A stretch of DNA of 64,000 nucleotides from Candidatus Falkowbacteria bacterium. GTDB lineage: Bacteria > Patescibacteriota > Patescibacteriia > CAIXNZ01. A program made the position numbers and the translations under genes. Below the pieces are notes generated by a model that was given only the letters and a program-made list of their open reading frames with translations, did no database searches and had not been told where the DNA came from. This document shows, one piece after another, positions 40,776-49,636 of this stretch; the first letter of the stretch is position 1; each line of letters starts with the position of its first letter. The stretch is from NCBI GenBank assembly GCA_016927685.1, contig JAFGMD010000021.1, positions 21,913 through 85,912 of the forward strand, read 5' to 3'.

Positions 40776-40937
40776 TTAATAAATAACTGTGATGATTAAA
40801 TGCTTTCGGTCATCTGGCAAGTCTCCCGTATAATTATAATATGATTGTACTACGTGAAGCGGTTTCTTATCGCGTAGAAACCTATTCAACTTATTCTGCA
40901 CTTCTTTAATCGGACCGTCAAATATACGACACTTCAT
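40776..40937 (-). CDS. 53-aa protein (cassette B, not in ORF track)
   Basis: MKCRIFDGPIKEVQNKLNRFLRDKKPLHVVQSYYNYTGDLPDDRKHLIITVIY; AAGGAGG SD, TTGACA 40986-40991. Confidence 0.75.
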   Translation of the reverse strand: MKCRIFDGPIKEVQNKLNRFLRDKKPLHVVQSYYNYTGDLPDDRKHLIITVIY

Positions 40938-40995
40938 TTTTTTCACCTCCTTTGCTATTTTTAAGTTATCACAGTACTTAATTTATGTCAATTTT

Positions 40996-42183
40996 ATGCA
41001 AAAATTAAATATTATAATGTTTAACATGTCCAAATACAGCGATTGGCAAAAAGGAATTGCCAATCGTAATTATCATATTTTGCATAATTTAGTTAAGCAT
41101 GAGGAAATAAACAAAGTTATTGCTGTAGATTTTCTACCTTTTAACTGGAAAAGGGCAATTAAAACTTTTATTTATGATCAAATTATTAAAGATACTAGGG
41201 GCAAGATAATTTTTGGCGATTTAACTTCTAGATGCTGGCAAATCTCCAGCAAAATATTAGTTTATTCAACCATTGATTCTATGTTGAATAAAGAAAGGAT
41301 TATTTCGGAATTAAAAAGGATTATAGATAAAGAGGGGATGAACAGTAATTTAATTGTCTGGAATTATAATCCTATGTTTGTTGATTATTTTAATCAATTT
41401 GGCCAAAAGCTTAATATTTTTGATACAGTAGATAATTGGCTAGAACATTCAAGTTATGAAACATACAAAAAGGTTCTGCAGAAAAATTATAATTTAATTA
41501 AAGATGGCAGTGATTTAATTTTTACTGTTTCAGAAAATTTAAAACAAAGCTTATTTAGTAACCAAGAAAATACATATTGGATCCCTAATGCAGTAGATTT
41601 AGAATATTTTCAAAGCCAAACAAATATTTCAGAAAAATTAAAAAATATTCCCAAACCAATAATTGGTTTTTTAGGTATCTTACAAGATAGAATTGATGAT
41701 GAAATCTTGCTATATTTAGCTAAAAAAAATCCAGACAAATCACTGGTTTTAGCTGGACCTATCTGGAAAAACTTTCCTAAGAAAAAATTTGAAGGACTAA
41801 AAAATGTCTATTTTTTGGGGCAAATAAATCATTTAGAAATACCATCGCTTTATAATGGTTTTGATGTGGGCATTATTCCTTATAAAATCAATGCCTTTAT
41901 CAAATCCACTGACCCCATGAAATATTATGAATATATAGCCGCTAATTTGCCAGTTGTTTCAACTCCAGCGCCAGGCATTGATCGCTTTGGGAATTTAATT
42001 TCCATTGCTAATAATCTTGAAGATTTTAATGATTTTGTTAATCAAGCGATTAAAGGGGGGAAAGAAAAAAAGAAAGATGAAAGAATTAAGATTCTTCATG
42101 GAAATACTTGGAATGATAGAATCGAACAGATGCTTAAATTGGTAAACGCAAAACTCAACCCCCATAGTCATTCCGAGCGTTAG
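40996..42183 (+). CDS. Glycosyltransferase (GT4/TuaH-like)
   Basis: DLIFTVS, IPNAVD, P.K.YEY.A..LPVVST. Confidence 0.9.
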   Translation: MQKLNIIMFNMSKYSDWQKGIANRNYHILHNLVKHEEINKVIAVDFLPFNWKRAIKTFIYDQIIKDTRGKIIFGDLTSRCWQISSKILVYSTIDSMLNKERIISELKRIIDKEGMNSNLIVWNYNPMFVDYFNQFGQKLNIFDTVDNWLEHSSYETYKKVLQKNYNLIKDGSDLIFTVSENLKQSLFSNQENTYWIPNAVDLEYFQSQTNISEKLKNIPKPIIGFLGILQDRIDDEILLYLAKKNPDKSLVLAGPIWKNFPKKKFEGLKNVYFLGQINHLEIPSLYNGFDVGIIPYKINAFIKSTDPMKYYEYIAANLPVVSTPAPGIDRFGNLISIANNLEDFNDFVNQAIKGGKEKKKDERIKILHGNTWNDRIEQMLKLVNAKLNPHSHSER

Positions 42184-42572
42184 CGAGGAATCCAAAACAT
42201 CTGATATATGAAACAATATTGCGTTTATATAATGACCAACAAAATCGACTCAGTTGACTATACTGGAATAACAAATGATTTATTTAGAAGAGTCTATGAG
42301 CACAAAACTCATTTTAATGAAAAAAGTTTTACCTCAAAGTATAATATAAATAAATTAGTATATTTTGAAGAATATAATAATCCCAAGCAAGCCATTAACC
42401 GAGAGAAGCAAATCAAGGGCTTGAGTCGGGAAAAGAAATTTAATCTAATTAAAACAATAAATCCTAATTTTAATGACTTAGCAAGGGATTGGTATAAAGA
42501 TAACCAGGCCGAGCATAAGGAACAACCGACTTAACCTAGGTTATAGATTCCACGCTGCGCTCTGAATGACAG
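42167..42572 (+). mobile_element. REP-flanked GIY-YIG element
   Basis: gtcattccgagcgttagcgaggaatcc (42167-42193) and agattccacgctgcgctctgaatgac (42545-42570) inverted arms around the nuclease. Confidence 0.8.
42208..42534 (+). CDS. GIY-YIG nuclease
   Basis: YCVYIMTN..YTGITNDL.RRVYEHK..LVYFE..AI.REKQIKG. Confidence 0.93.
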   Translation: MKQYCVYIMTNKIDSVDYTGITNDLFRRVYEHKTHFNEKSFTSKYNINKLVYFEEYNNPKQAINREKQIKGLSREKKFNLIKTINPNFNDLARDWYKDNQAEHKEQPT

Positions 42573-42598
42573 TTGCGGCTCGGCTTTCATAAATATAT

Positions 42599-43468
42599 AT
42601 GGACTTATCAATAATTATAGTAAGCTGGAATGTAAAGGAGTTATTGGAAAAATGCTTAAAATCTATTTATGAAAAAACTCAAGGCATTGAGTTTGAAGTT
42701 GTTTTAATTGATAATGCCTCGAAAGATGGCTCCGCACAAATGGTTTTAACTAAATTCCCGCAAGTGATCTTAATCGCGTCCAATGAAAATCTTGGTTTTG
42801 CCAAAGCTAACAATTTGGCATTAGAACAAGCAAGCGGCAAATATGTTTTATTCATGAACCCGGATATGGAGCTAATAGAAAATTCATTTCCTAAATTAAT
42901 TGAATTGATGGATAAAGATCCCAAAATCGCTTTATCAACCTGTCAATTAATTTACCCTGATGGTTCAAAACAAAATAATGTTAAGAATAATCCTAGACTT
43001 TGCGACCAGCTTTTAATACTTCTAAAACTTCATCATTTTTTTCAGCCTCAATGCTTAAAAAGATATTTAGCCAAAGATTTTGATTATGCCAAAGAACAAG
43101 AGGTTAAACAGATAATGGGTGCGTTTATGTTTGGCAGGGCAGATATAATAAAAGAAATGGAGGGATTTGATATTGATTATTTTTTATGGTGGGAAGATTT
43201 AGATTTATGTAAAAGAGTACAAGATGCCGGTTATAAAATTATTTATACTCCAATTACAAAAGTTATTCATTACGAGGCTAAGTCCTTTGAGCAGCAACAA
43301 AGTTTAGAAAAACAAATTAGGTTTAATAGGGGAATGAGATTGTATTTTAGAAAACATTTTGGTTTATTAGTTTATTGGTTAATTGGTTTATTTGGATTCA
43401 TAAGTTTAGGCCTAGCTTGGCTAAGCCAGATCCTTAAAATCAAGTCAAAACCACAGTCAAAAATTTAA
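42599..43468 (+). CDS. GT2 glycosyltransferase
   Basis: SIIIVSWN, DNAS.DG, NLGFAKANN, NPD, ED.DLC. Confidence 0.93.
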   Translation: MDLSIIIVSWNVKELLEKCLKSIYEKTQGIEFEVVLIDNASKDGSAQMVLTKFPQVILIASNENLGFAKANNLALEQASGKYVLFMNPDMELIENSFPKLIELMDKDPKIALSTCQLIYPDGSKQNNVKNNPRLCDQLLILLKLHHFFQPQCLKRYLAKDFDYAKEQEVKQIMGAFMFGRADIIKEMEGFDIDYFLWWEDLDLCKRVQDAGYKIIYTPITKVIHYEAKSFEQQQSLEKQIRFNRGMRLYFRKHFGLLVYWLIGLFGFISLGLAWLSQILKIKSKPQSKI

Positions 43469-43512
43469 AATAAAAAGCCCCACATTTTATGTGAGGCTGT
43501 AAATTCGCCGGT

Positions 43513-43783
43513 GAGGAGGTTGCTTGGCATCCAGATTACTCTGGACGAGCATAGAGTTCTCTTGGTGCTTGCCGAAGTGGACCCGAGAATCTATCCTCGC
43601 TTTGATATCCGAGTACTTTTCTATCGCAAGCCCTGACAAATTTCCCTGGACATCTCTGGCGGCATCGAAGTCCAGACACATACCGTGCATTTCTACGTTC
43701 GTCAACGTAGTTGAGCGTAGCCATTTGGCCTTGTAAAACCCCTGCACTAATACATGCCCAGAAAGCCACCCTCTCTCCTCCTC
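43513..43783 (-). ncRNA. Candidate ~270-nt structured ncRNA
   Basis: TTGACA-17-TAATGT promoter, GAGGAGG/CCTCCTC closing stem, multiple internal helices, terminator near 43472-43498. Confidence 0.55.
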
Positions 43784-43864
43784 GATCTGTAATAAACATT
43801 AACAAACGAATAAAATAATGTCAAATAAAAAGCCCCACATTGCTGCAGGGCTGAATTTACAAAT

Positions 43865-44168
43865 GATTGGAAGGGTTAGAACAGCATTGCTGAACAACAA
43901 TGCCGACGGCGACCAAATGGGTCTGCTCCTAACCTGACGTTTTTATAATGGCTCGGTCAGCGCCCTTTGTCCATCCAACCATTTACCTGATGGCAAGTCG
44001 TGGGAGAGGAAAGGCTTTGGAAAGAAAAGGCAGTTATTGCCCTTGCGTATTTCAACGCAAATTTCCTTCTTTTCTGCCCAGATGCTCTTGCCAGCTTACT
44101 AGGCAGTATTCCCACTTCAGGATTTGAATAATGATGATCGCTACCAAGGACAAAGCCCATGGGAGTGA
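43865..44168 (-). ncRNA. Candidate ~300-nt structured ncRNA
   Basis: TTGACA-17-TATTTT promoter, ctttgtcc/ggacaaag long-range stem, several hairpins, terminator near 43828-43852, no SD-led ORF. Confidence 0.55.
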
Positions 44169-44207
44169 TGCTAATAAAATATCAAATGGATCAGTTTTTG
44201 TCAACAT

Positions 44208-45761
44208 ATGAATATTCTCAAAAAAAATAAAATTCTCACCGTATTTTTACTGATTTTTTTAGTGGAAATGTTATCACTAATCAGTTTTAAAATTGCCTGG
44301 CTTTCGGGCTTATTTTTTGTTCTGATTTGTACTGGAGTATTTTTAATTACTTGGAAAAAATTAGAATATGGGATATATGTCGTTTTAACAGAATTAATAA
44401 TTGGATCGCAGGGGTATTTATTTTATCTGGTTTTACCTGGATTTAAAGCATCAATTCGCTTGGGAATTTTTCTAATTGTCTTTTTTGTCTGGCTGATAAA
44501 ATATTTGAAACCCAGGATTTTTCTCAATTTATTGAAAAGAGATGCACTTGTTCAAAATTTTATCTTGCTTTTAATTTTTGTCGCCTTCGGAACGATTAAT
44601 GGAATAATAAATAAAAATGGTTTGACTAATGTCTTTTTTGATGTAAATGGCTATTTGTATTTCGGTTTATTTTTCGCTTTTCTTGAAGTATTCAAATCAA
44701 TTGAGCAAATTAAAAAATTTTTAAAAATATTTATTGGCGCCATGATATATGAATGCACTAAGGTATTTTTAACTCTCTATTTATTTTCCCATGATTATTT
44801 CATTAATGCCTCTGATTTATTTTATCACTGGATTCGCGATACCCGAGTAGGGGAGATAACTTATGCCGGAGGCAATTTTTTTAGAATATTTTTTCAGTCG
44901 CAAATTTGGGCTTTGATAGGAATTTTTATTATTATTTGTTTAATAATTTGGGTGATGCAAAAAAAACCGCTCTGTCATCCAGAGCGTAGCGAAGGATCTA
45001 AGACATTGGGGGTTATAGATTCCTCACATTCGTTCGGAATGACAGAGCGGGTTTGGCTTTTTTTGCTGTTAACTATAATCCAAACATCAATTATAATTTC
45101 CTTTTCCCGCAGTTTCTGGGTTGGTGCTATAGCTGCTTTTATAATTTTACTTGGTTATCTAGTCTTTATTTATAAACCAGGATTTAAGATAATAAGCAAA
45201 ATAATTGGTATTTCTGCCAGCTCATTAATTTTAAGTATTTTTTTGGTTATTTTTATTGCCAATTTCCCCATTCCCAAACCATCATCAGAATTATCAGCGC
45301 AGTTAATCGGCGCCAGATTTTTATCCTTTTTTGGCGAAGCAGGAGTTTCTAGCCGTTGGAATGAATTGCCGTCGCTCCTGGAAAAAATAAAACAAAGCCC
45401 CGTATTTGGTTCTGGCCATGGCACAACCATAACTTTTAAATCTGAAGATCCTAGAATTAAAAATGAGCAAAACCCCGAGGGTTGGTATACAACTTATACT
45501 TTTGAATGGGGCTATTTAGACACGCTTATAGAGATAGGAATTCTAGGTTTGCTGGTATGTCTGGTATTTATCGGTCAAATCGCTTATATGGGCCTTAAAA
45601 CGCTTAAAAACAAGGAATATGGCCTGATTTCAGCCGGTTTACTGCTTGGCCTAGTTGCCATGTTAGTCACCCATATGTTTAGCCCTTATTTGAATCATCC
45701 CCTGGGAATAGGATATCTAATGCTGTGCGCCAGCATCTTTAAATCAAAGCCGTCAGATTAA
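44208..45761 (+). CDS. O-antigen ligase/polymerase family membrane protein
   Basis: Polytopic; SFSRS.W, P.FG.G.G, E.G..G motifs. Confidence 0.85.
   Translation: MNILKKNKILTVFLLIFLVEMLSLISFKIAWLSGLFFVLICTGVFLITWKKLEYGIYVVLTELIIGSQGYLFYLVLPGFKASIRLGIFLIVFFVWLIKYLKPRIFLNLLKRDALVQNFILLLIFVAFGTINGIINKNGLTNVFFDVNGYLYFGLFFAFLEVFKSIEQIKKFLKIFIGAMIYECTKVFLTLYLFSHDYFINASDLFYHWIRDTRVGEITYAGGNFFRIFFQSQIWALIGIFIIICLIIWVMQKKPLCHPERSEGSKTLGVIDSSHSFGMTERVWLFLLLTIIQTSIIISFSRSFWVGAIAAFIILLGYLVFIYKPGFKIISKIIGISASSLILSIFLVIFIANFPIPKPSSELSAQLIGARFLSFFGEAGVSSRWNELPSLLEKIKQSPVFGSGHGTTITFKSEDPRIKNEQNPEGWYTTYTFEWGYLDTLIEIGILGLLVCLVFIGQIAYMGLKTLKNKEYGLISAGLLLGLVAMLVTHMFSPYLNHPLGIGYLMLCASIFKSKPSD
44967..45050. repeat. 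84-bp REP/MITE palindrome inserted in frame in the ligase gene
   Basis: ccgctctgtcat...atgacagagcgg 12-bp IR; encodes CHPERSEGSKTLGVIDSSHSFGMT. Confidence 0.9.
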
Positions 45762-45808
45762 TCAAGAGCTAAAATTTGATCCTTAGACGAGGATCTTTTT
45801 TATTTCTC

Positions 45809-45837
45809 TTGTGTTCGGTCTTTGTTCGGGTTATAAT
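45809..45837 (+). promoter_or_regulatory. Promoter overlapped by GTTC-N7-GTTC direct repeat (candidate LexA box)
   Basis: TTGTGT-17-TATAAT; GTTC at 45813 and 45824; upstream of dinB locus. Confidence 0.6.
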
Positions 45838-45921
45838 GTAAGTTGAAACACAGATACTTAATCGCTGATAGCACAGATAATATCAGTGAATATCTGTGAA
45901 AAAAATCCGTGGTTCAAATCT

Positions 45922-46170
45922 ATGCATCTCATTAAAGAAAAACAACCTATCGAAGTTATTACCATCTTTAAAAAAGACGGTCCCAAACCATATGCCATCA
46001 AATGGGGCGGCAAAAAATACATTATTGAAAAAATCAATCTGCGCTATGAAAAAAGAGCAGGCGATGGTAAATTGGTTTATTTTTCTGTGACCAGCGAAGA
46101 TAATTATTTTAAGCTGGTTTTTGATACTAATAATTTAAAGTGGTATTTGGAGGAGGCGTACCATGAATAA
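45922..46170 (+). CDS. Small dinB-associated protein
   Basis: P....W.G..Y.I..I...F.V......F.L.FD...L.W.L pattern; lies between the candidate SOS box and dinB. Confidence 0.75.
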   Translation: MHLIKEKQPIEVITIFKKDGPKPYAIKWGGKKYIIEKINLRYEKRAGDGKLVYFSVTSEDNYFKLVFDTNNLKWYLEEAYHE

Positions 46171-46216
46171 AAAAAGCCGCGACTTGATAGCCGTGGCTTT
46201 AAGGCCAATCACTAAA

Positions 46217-46780
46217 TCAGTTAGGAGGAAGAGGGCATAATTCCGGGATTTCTGCCTCGAAATTTCTACCTTCTTGATACCACTCGGTTTCCTTCTTGTC
46301 AGTGGTCACATCCTTCGCAAAGAAATATACAATTCTATATAATTTTCTTGAAGAAGCATCGACGGGAATATCCTTTACCACCGCTCTTACCATGCCGTTG
46401 GAAAAATAGTCCGTAACCGGTAAGAACACGCCGTTATAATTAATGCCTATCCACATTTTTGCTTCTGAATCAATGAAGGCAGAGGACCCATGTTTTTTGA
46501 TATAAACACAATCGGCGACATGGACCTGAAGGAGAAGATCCCTGGTCAAGTATTGTGCGACTTTGGCCTCCTCCTCCTTGGTGGGCATATTCAGGGCCTG
46601 TCGAATATTGTTATCAACATCACCCTGCAGCGAAATATCCTTTTCTACGGTTATTTTCCCCGTCGTGGGCGAAATAACCGTCAGGTGGATCGCTGACTCA
46701 TCTGCTTTGGGCTTTCTCTCGCAACCGAGCGAGAAAACTGCCATAACACAAACCCCAATAATCACGAACATTCTCTTCAT
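46217..46780 (-). CDS. Lipoprotein (SD-led cassette)
   Basis: Lipobox SLGC; AAGGAGG SD; TTGACA 46838-46843. Confidence 0.8.
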   Translation of the reverse strand: MKRMFVIIGVCVMAVFSLGCERKPKADESAIHLTVISPTTGKITVEKDISLQGDVDNNIRQALNMPTKEEEAKVAQYLTRDLLLQVHVADCVYIKKHGSSAFIDSEAKMWIGINYNGVFLPVTDYFSNGMVRAVVKDIPVDASSRKLYRIVYFFAKDVTTDKKETEWYQEGRNFEAEIPELCPLPPN

Positions 46781-46842
46781 CTCTTCCTCCTTTTTTAAAG
46801 AATTTATATAGCTCAAATTATCACTCTAATCATTTTTTGTCA

Positions 46843-48093
46843 ATGTCCAACTTCATCTTGCATCTCGACATGAATTCTTACTTTGCCTCTGTAGAACAGC
46901 AGGCCAATTCTTTTTTGCGCGGAAAACCAGTGGGTGTTTGTGCTTATTTGGCACCGCGGGGTTGTATTATTGCATCATCCAAAGAAGCCAAAAAACTAGG
47001 CATTAAAGTCGGCTGTACGGTAGAAAAAGCCAAGCAAATTTATCCTAAAATTATATTGGTAGAAAATGAACCAGCTAAATACAGATCAACCACTAAAAAA
47101 ATATTTAATATTTTGAGCGACTACACCGACAGAATTGAACCCTATAGCATTGATGAGGCCTTTTTAGATATGACTGGCCATATTAAAAACTGGCAACAAG
47201 GCGAAAAAATAATATTGGAAATTAAAGCCAGAATTAAAAAAGAAGTGGGGGAATGGCTGGCTTGTTCAGCTGGCTTATCTTGGACGCGCTTTTTAGCCAA
47301 ATTCGCTTCTGACATTTGTGAAAAAGATAGTTATTTACTTATTGATTCAATTGCCAAAATGGAAGATATTTTTAATCGTGTTAAAATTACTGAGGCCTGG
47401 GGCATTAAAGAAAGAATGCAAGTTCATTTAAACCGTTTGGGTATATTCAACCTGCTGGATTTAAAAAACTTTCCAGTTGCCAATATTATGCAGGCTTTGG
47501 GCAAACCCGGCTATTATCTCTGGGCCAATGCCAATGGCGTGGAAGTACAGGGCATTAGAACGCAAGAAGAAATCTTGCCAAAATCAATTGGTCATTCTTA
47601 TTGTATGCCTCGGCATACGACTGACTTAAAATACCTGGCTGGAATTTTAATGAAACTCTCAGAAAAAACTGGTAGGCGTTTGCGCATCCAGGGATTAGAG
47701 GCGCGCGGCATATACGCTGGCTATTGGCTAAAATATGGTGGCGGGTTTTTCAAAAGCAAAAAAGTTCCCAGCGCCTTGTTTACCACTGAGGAAATCTTTA
47801 AAGCGGCACAGAATTTACTATTCAAAACTTTGCCGCCGCGCGCCGTCACCATGCTGGCTGTTTCAGTTACTCAATTACAACCCTTGACTAATCAATTGGA
47901 TTTATTTTACAGCTTGGATAAAAAACGCTTTGCCTGTCAGGCCATGGATAAAATTAATGATAAATTCGGCGAATACACGATTTTTAATGGCACTATGTGG
48001 GGCTTGGGCGATCAGGCACATGACAGAATCGGTTTTAGAAAATCAGTAGAAATTATGGACAAATTAGATAGATTTAGTTATGAACCGATTTAA
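46843..48093 (+). CDS. dinB: Y-family DNA polymerase IV
   Basis: HLDMNSYFASVEQ, YSIDEAFLD, AKFASD, KSIGHS. Confidence 0.93.
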   Translation: MSNFILHLDMNSYFASVEQQANSFLRGKPVGVCAYLAPRGCIIASSKEAKKLGIKVGCTVEKAKQIYPKIILVENEPAKYRSTTKKIFNILSDYTDRIEPYSIDEAFLDMTGHIKNWQQGEKIILEIKARIKKEVGEWLACSAGLSWTRFLAKFASDICEKDSYLLIDSIAKMEDIFNRVKITEAWGIKERMQVHLNRLGIFNLLDLKNFPVANIMQALGKPGYYLWANANGVEVQGIRTQEEILPKSIGHSYCMPRHTTDLKYLAGILMKLSEKTGRRLRIQGLEARGIYAGYWLKYGGGFFKSKKVPSALFTTEEIFKAAQNLLFKTLPPRAVTMLAVSVTQLQPLTNQLDLFYSLDKKRFACQAMDKINDKFGEYTIFNGTMWGLGDQAHDRIGFRKSVEIMDKLDRFSYEPI

Positions 48094-48142
48094 TTGACAA
48101 AATTATTTATCTTTGCTTAAATATAAAAAAAGGAGGATAAAA

Positions 48143-48328
48143 ATGGCAAAAAATAAACTTAATTATTTTGCGTTACCATTTGCCGAGGAAAATCAATGGC
48201 TAAGGTTAGAATGCCCTAATTGCGAATCCAGTGCCTATAAAAGCTCAGAAGAGGAGACTCAACAGGGTACCCAAACAATATATACCTGCACAAAATGCCA
48301 AACGAAATTTAGAAATCCCAAAAAATAA
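48143..48328 (+). CDS. Small Zn-ribbon protein (cassette)
   Basis: CPNC...CTKC; TTGACA 48094, AGGAGG SD, terminator. Confidence 0.75.
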   Translation: MAKNKLNYFALPFAEENQWLRLECPNCESSAYKSSEEETQQGTQTIYTCTKCQTKFRNPKK

Positions 48329-48431
48329 AAACCGCTCCAACTGGGGCGGTTTTACTTTAAAATGTAGTGATTGACAAAAATATAATTTAATGATAAAATG
48401 TAAAAATATCATAAATAGGAGGAGGGATAAA

Positions 48432-48635
48432 ATGTCTGAAATGCAGGGAGGAAAAATGCTGAAAGCTGTGTCTCTGAAGAGCCAAACTAAAATAGGCATC
48501 TTGAAAAAAGGCGAAACAAAATGCCCATTTTGCGGAGATCAGATCTATTATCACCATGCAACTGAAGAAAAGGATGCAGAAGGCAGACAAATTATTGTCT
48601 GTACTGGCTGCTACAATAAGTATGTGGAAGTTTAA
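48432..48635 (+). CDS. Small Zn-ribbon protein (cassette)
   Basis: CPFC...CTGC; TTGACA 48371, GGAGG SD, terminator. Confidence 0.75.
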   Translation: MSEMQGGKMLKAVSLKSQTKIGILKKGETKCPFCGDQIYYHHATEEKDAEGRQIIVCTGCYNKYVEV

Positions 48636-48678
48636 AATAAAAACCGCCCTCCGCGACACGGAGAGCGGTTTTTTCTTT

Positions 48679-49629
48679 TTATGCTAATATTGTGCCAATT
48701 ATTTTGGGGTGACCATTAATAAATTCCTTGACAGACATTTTATTTTTTCCTTCAAGCTGTAATTCAACTAATTCTAGTTGTTCTTGTCCACATTGAACTT
48801 TTAAAATTCCATTAACTTCATAAATCTCACCCGTTACCTTATTAACCTCGTCAACCCAATGAACTTCAGATTTTAGTATCTTTAAATTCTTGCCTTCCCA
48901 ATTTGTAAAAGCGCCTGGCCAAGGATTAAAGGCGCGAACTTGGCGTTCAATTTCGTTGGCTGGTTTATGCCAGTCAATTTTACCATCTAACTTTGTAATT
49001 AATTTGCAATAAGTTGCATCAGTATCTTTTTGTTTTTTACCTTGCAATTGCCCGCCCAAATATTTTGGCAATATCTCAATTAATAATTTTGCGCCCAAAT
49101 CAGCCAGCTTGTCATGCAGAGTAGCAAAATCATCATAGGGTAATATTTTAACTTTATTTTGGGATAAAATCGGGCCATGGTCCATTTGCTCATCTAAAAT
49201 CATTATTGTTACCCCGGTTTGTTCATCGCCATTTAAAATAGCTGATTGTATGGGGGAAGCGCCGCGATATTTTGGTAATAAAGAAGCATGTGCATTAATA
49301 ACTCCAAATTTTGGAATTACTAATAATTCTTTTGGTAAAATAAAGCCATAAGCCACCACTACAATTAAATCTGGATTCAATTCTTTTATTTGTTTAAGAA
49401 ATTCTGGATTGCCCCTAACTTGTTCTGGCTGCAAAACTGGAATACTATTTTGTAGAGCAATTTGTTTAGTGGGTGGGGGAGTAAGCACTTGATTTCTTCC
49501 AACTTTTTTATCTGGTTGAGTAACAACCGCAATCACATTGGCATTTTCTATTAACATTTTTAAACAAGGCGCGCCAAAATCTGGCGTGCCCATAAAAATG
49601 ATTTTTTCTTCTTTCAAATTGATTGCCAT
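48679..49629 (-). CDS. fmt: Methionyl-tRNA formyltransferase
   Basis: FMGTPDF, VTQPD, HASLLPKYRGASPI, RAFNPWP. Confidence 0.97.
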   Translation of the reverse strand: MAINLKEEKIIFMGTPDFGAPCLKMLIENANVIAVVTQPDKKVGRNQVLTPPPTKQIALQNSIPVLQPEQVRGNPEFLKQIKELNPDLIVVVAYGFILPKELLVIPKFGVINAHASLLPKYRGASPIQSAILNGDEQTGVTIMILDEQMDHGPILSQNKVKILPYDDFATLHDKLADLGAKLLIEILPKYLGGQLQGKKQKDTDATYCKLITKLDGKIDWHKPANEIERQVRAFNPWPGAFTNWEGKNLKILKSEVHWVDEVNKVTGEIYEVNGILKVQCGQEQLELVELQLEGKNKMSVKEFINGHPKIIGTILA

Positions 49630-49636
49630 AGTAGCT

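Noticed and set aside
43487-44160. ORFs 43487-43747, 43524-43736, 43536-43805, 43957-44160 as proteins
   Set aside because: No recognisable protein features, and the apparent SD is part of a terminal RNA helix; coding is not fully excluded for the GTG-started frame
24760-48675. Integron interpretation of the cassettes
   Set aside because: No IntI and no attC R-box pattern; cassettes carry their own promoters and are dispersed
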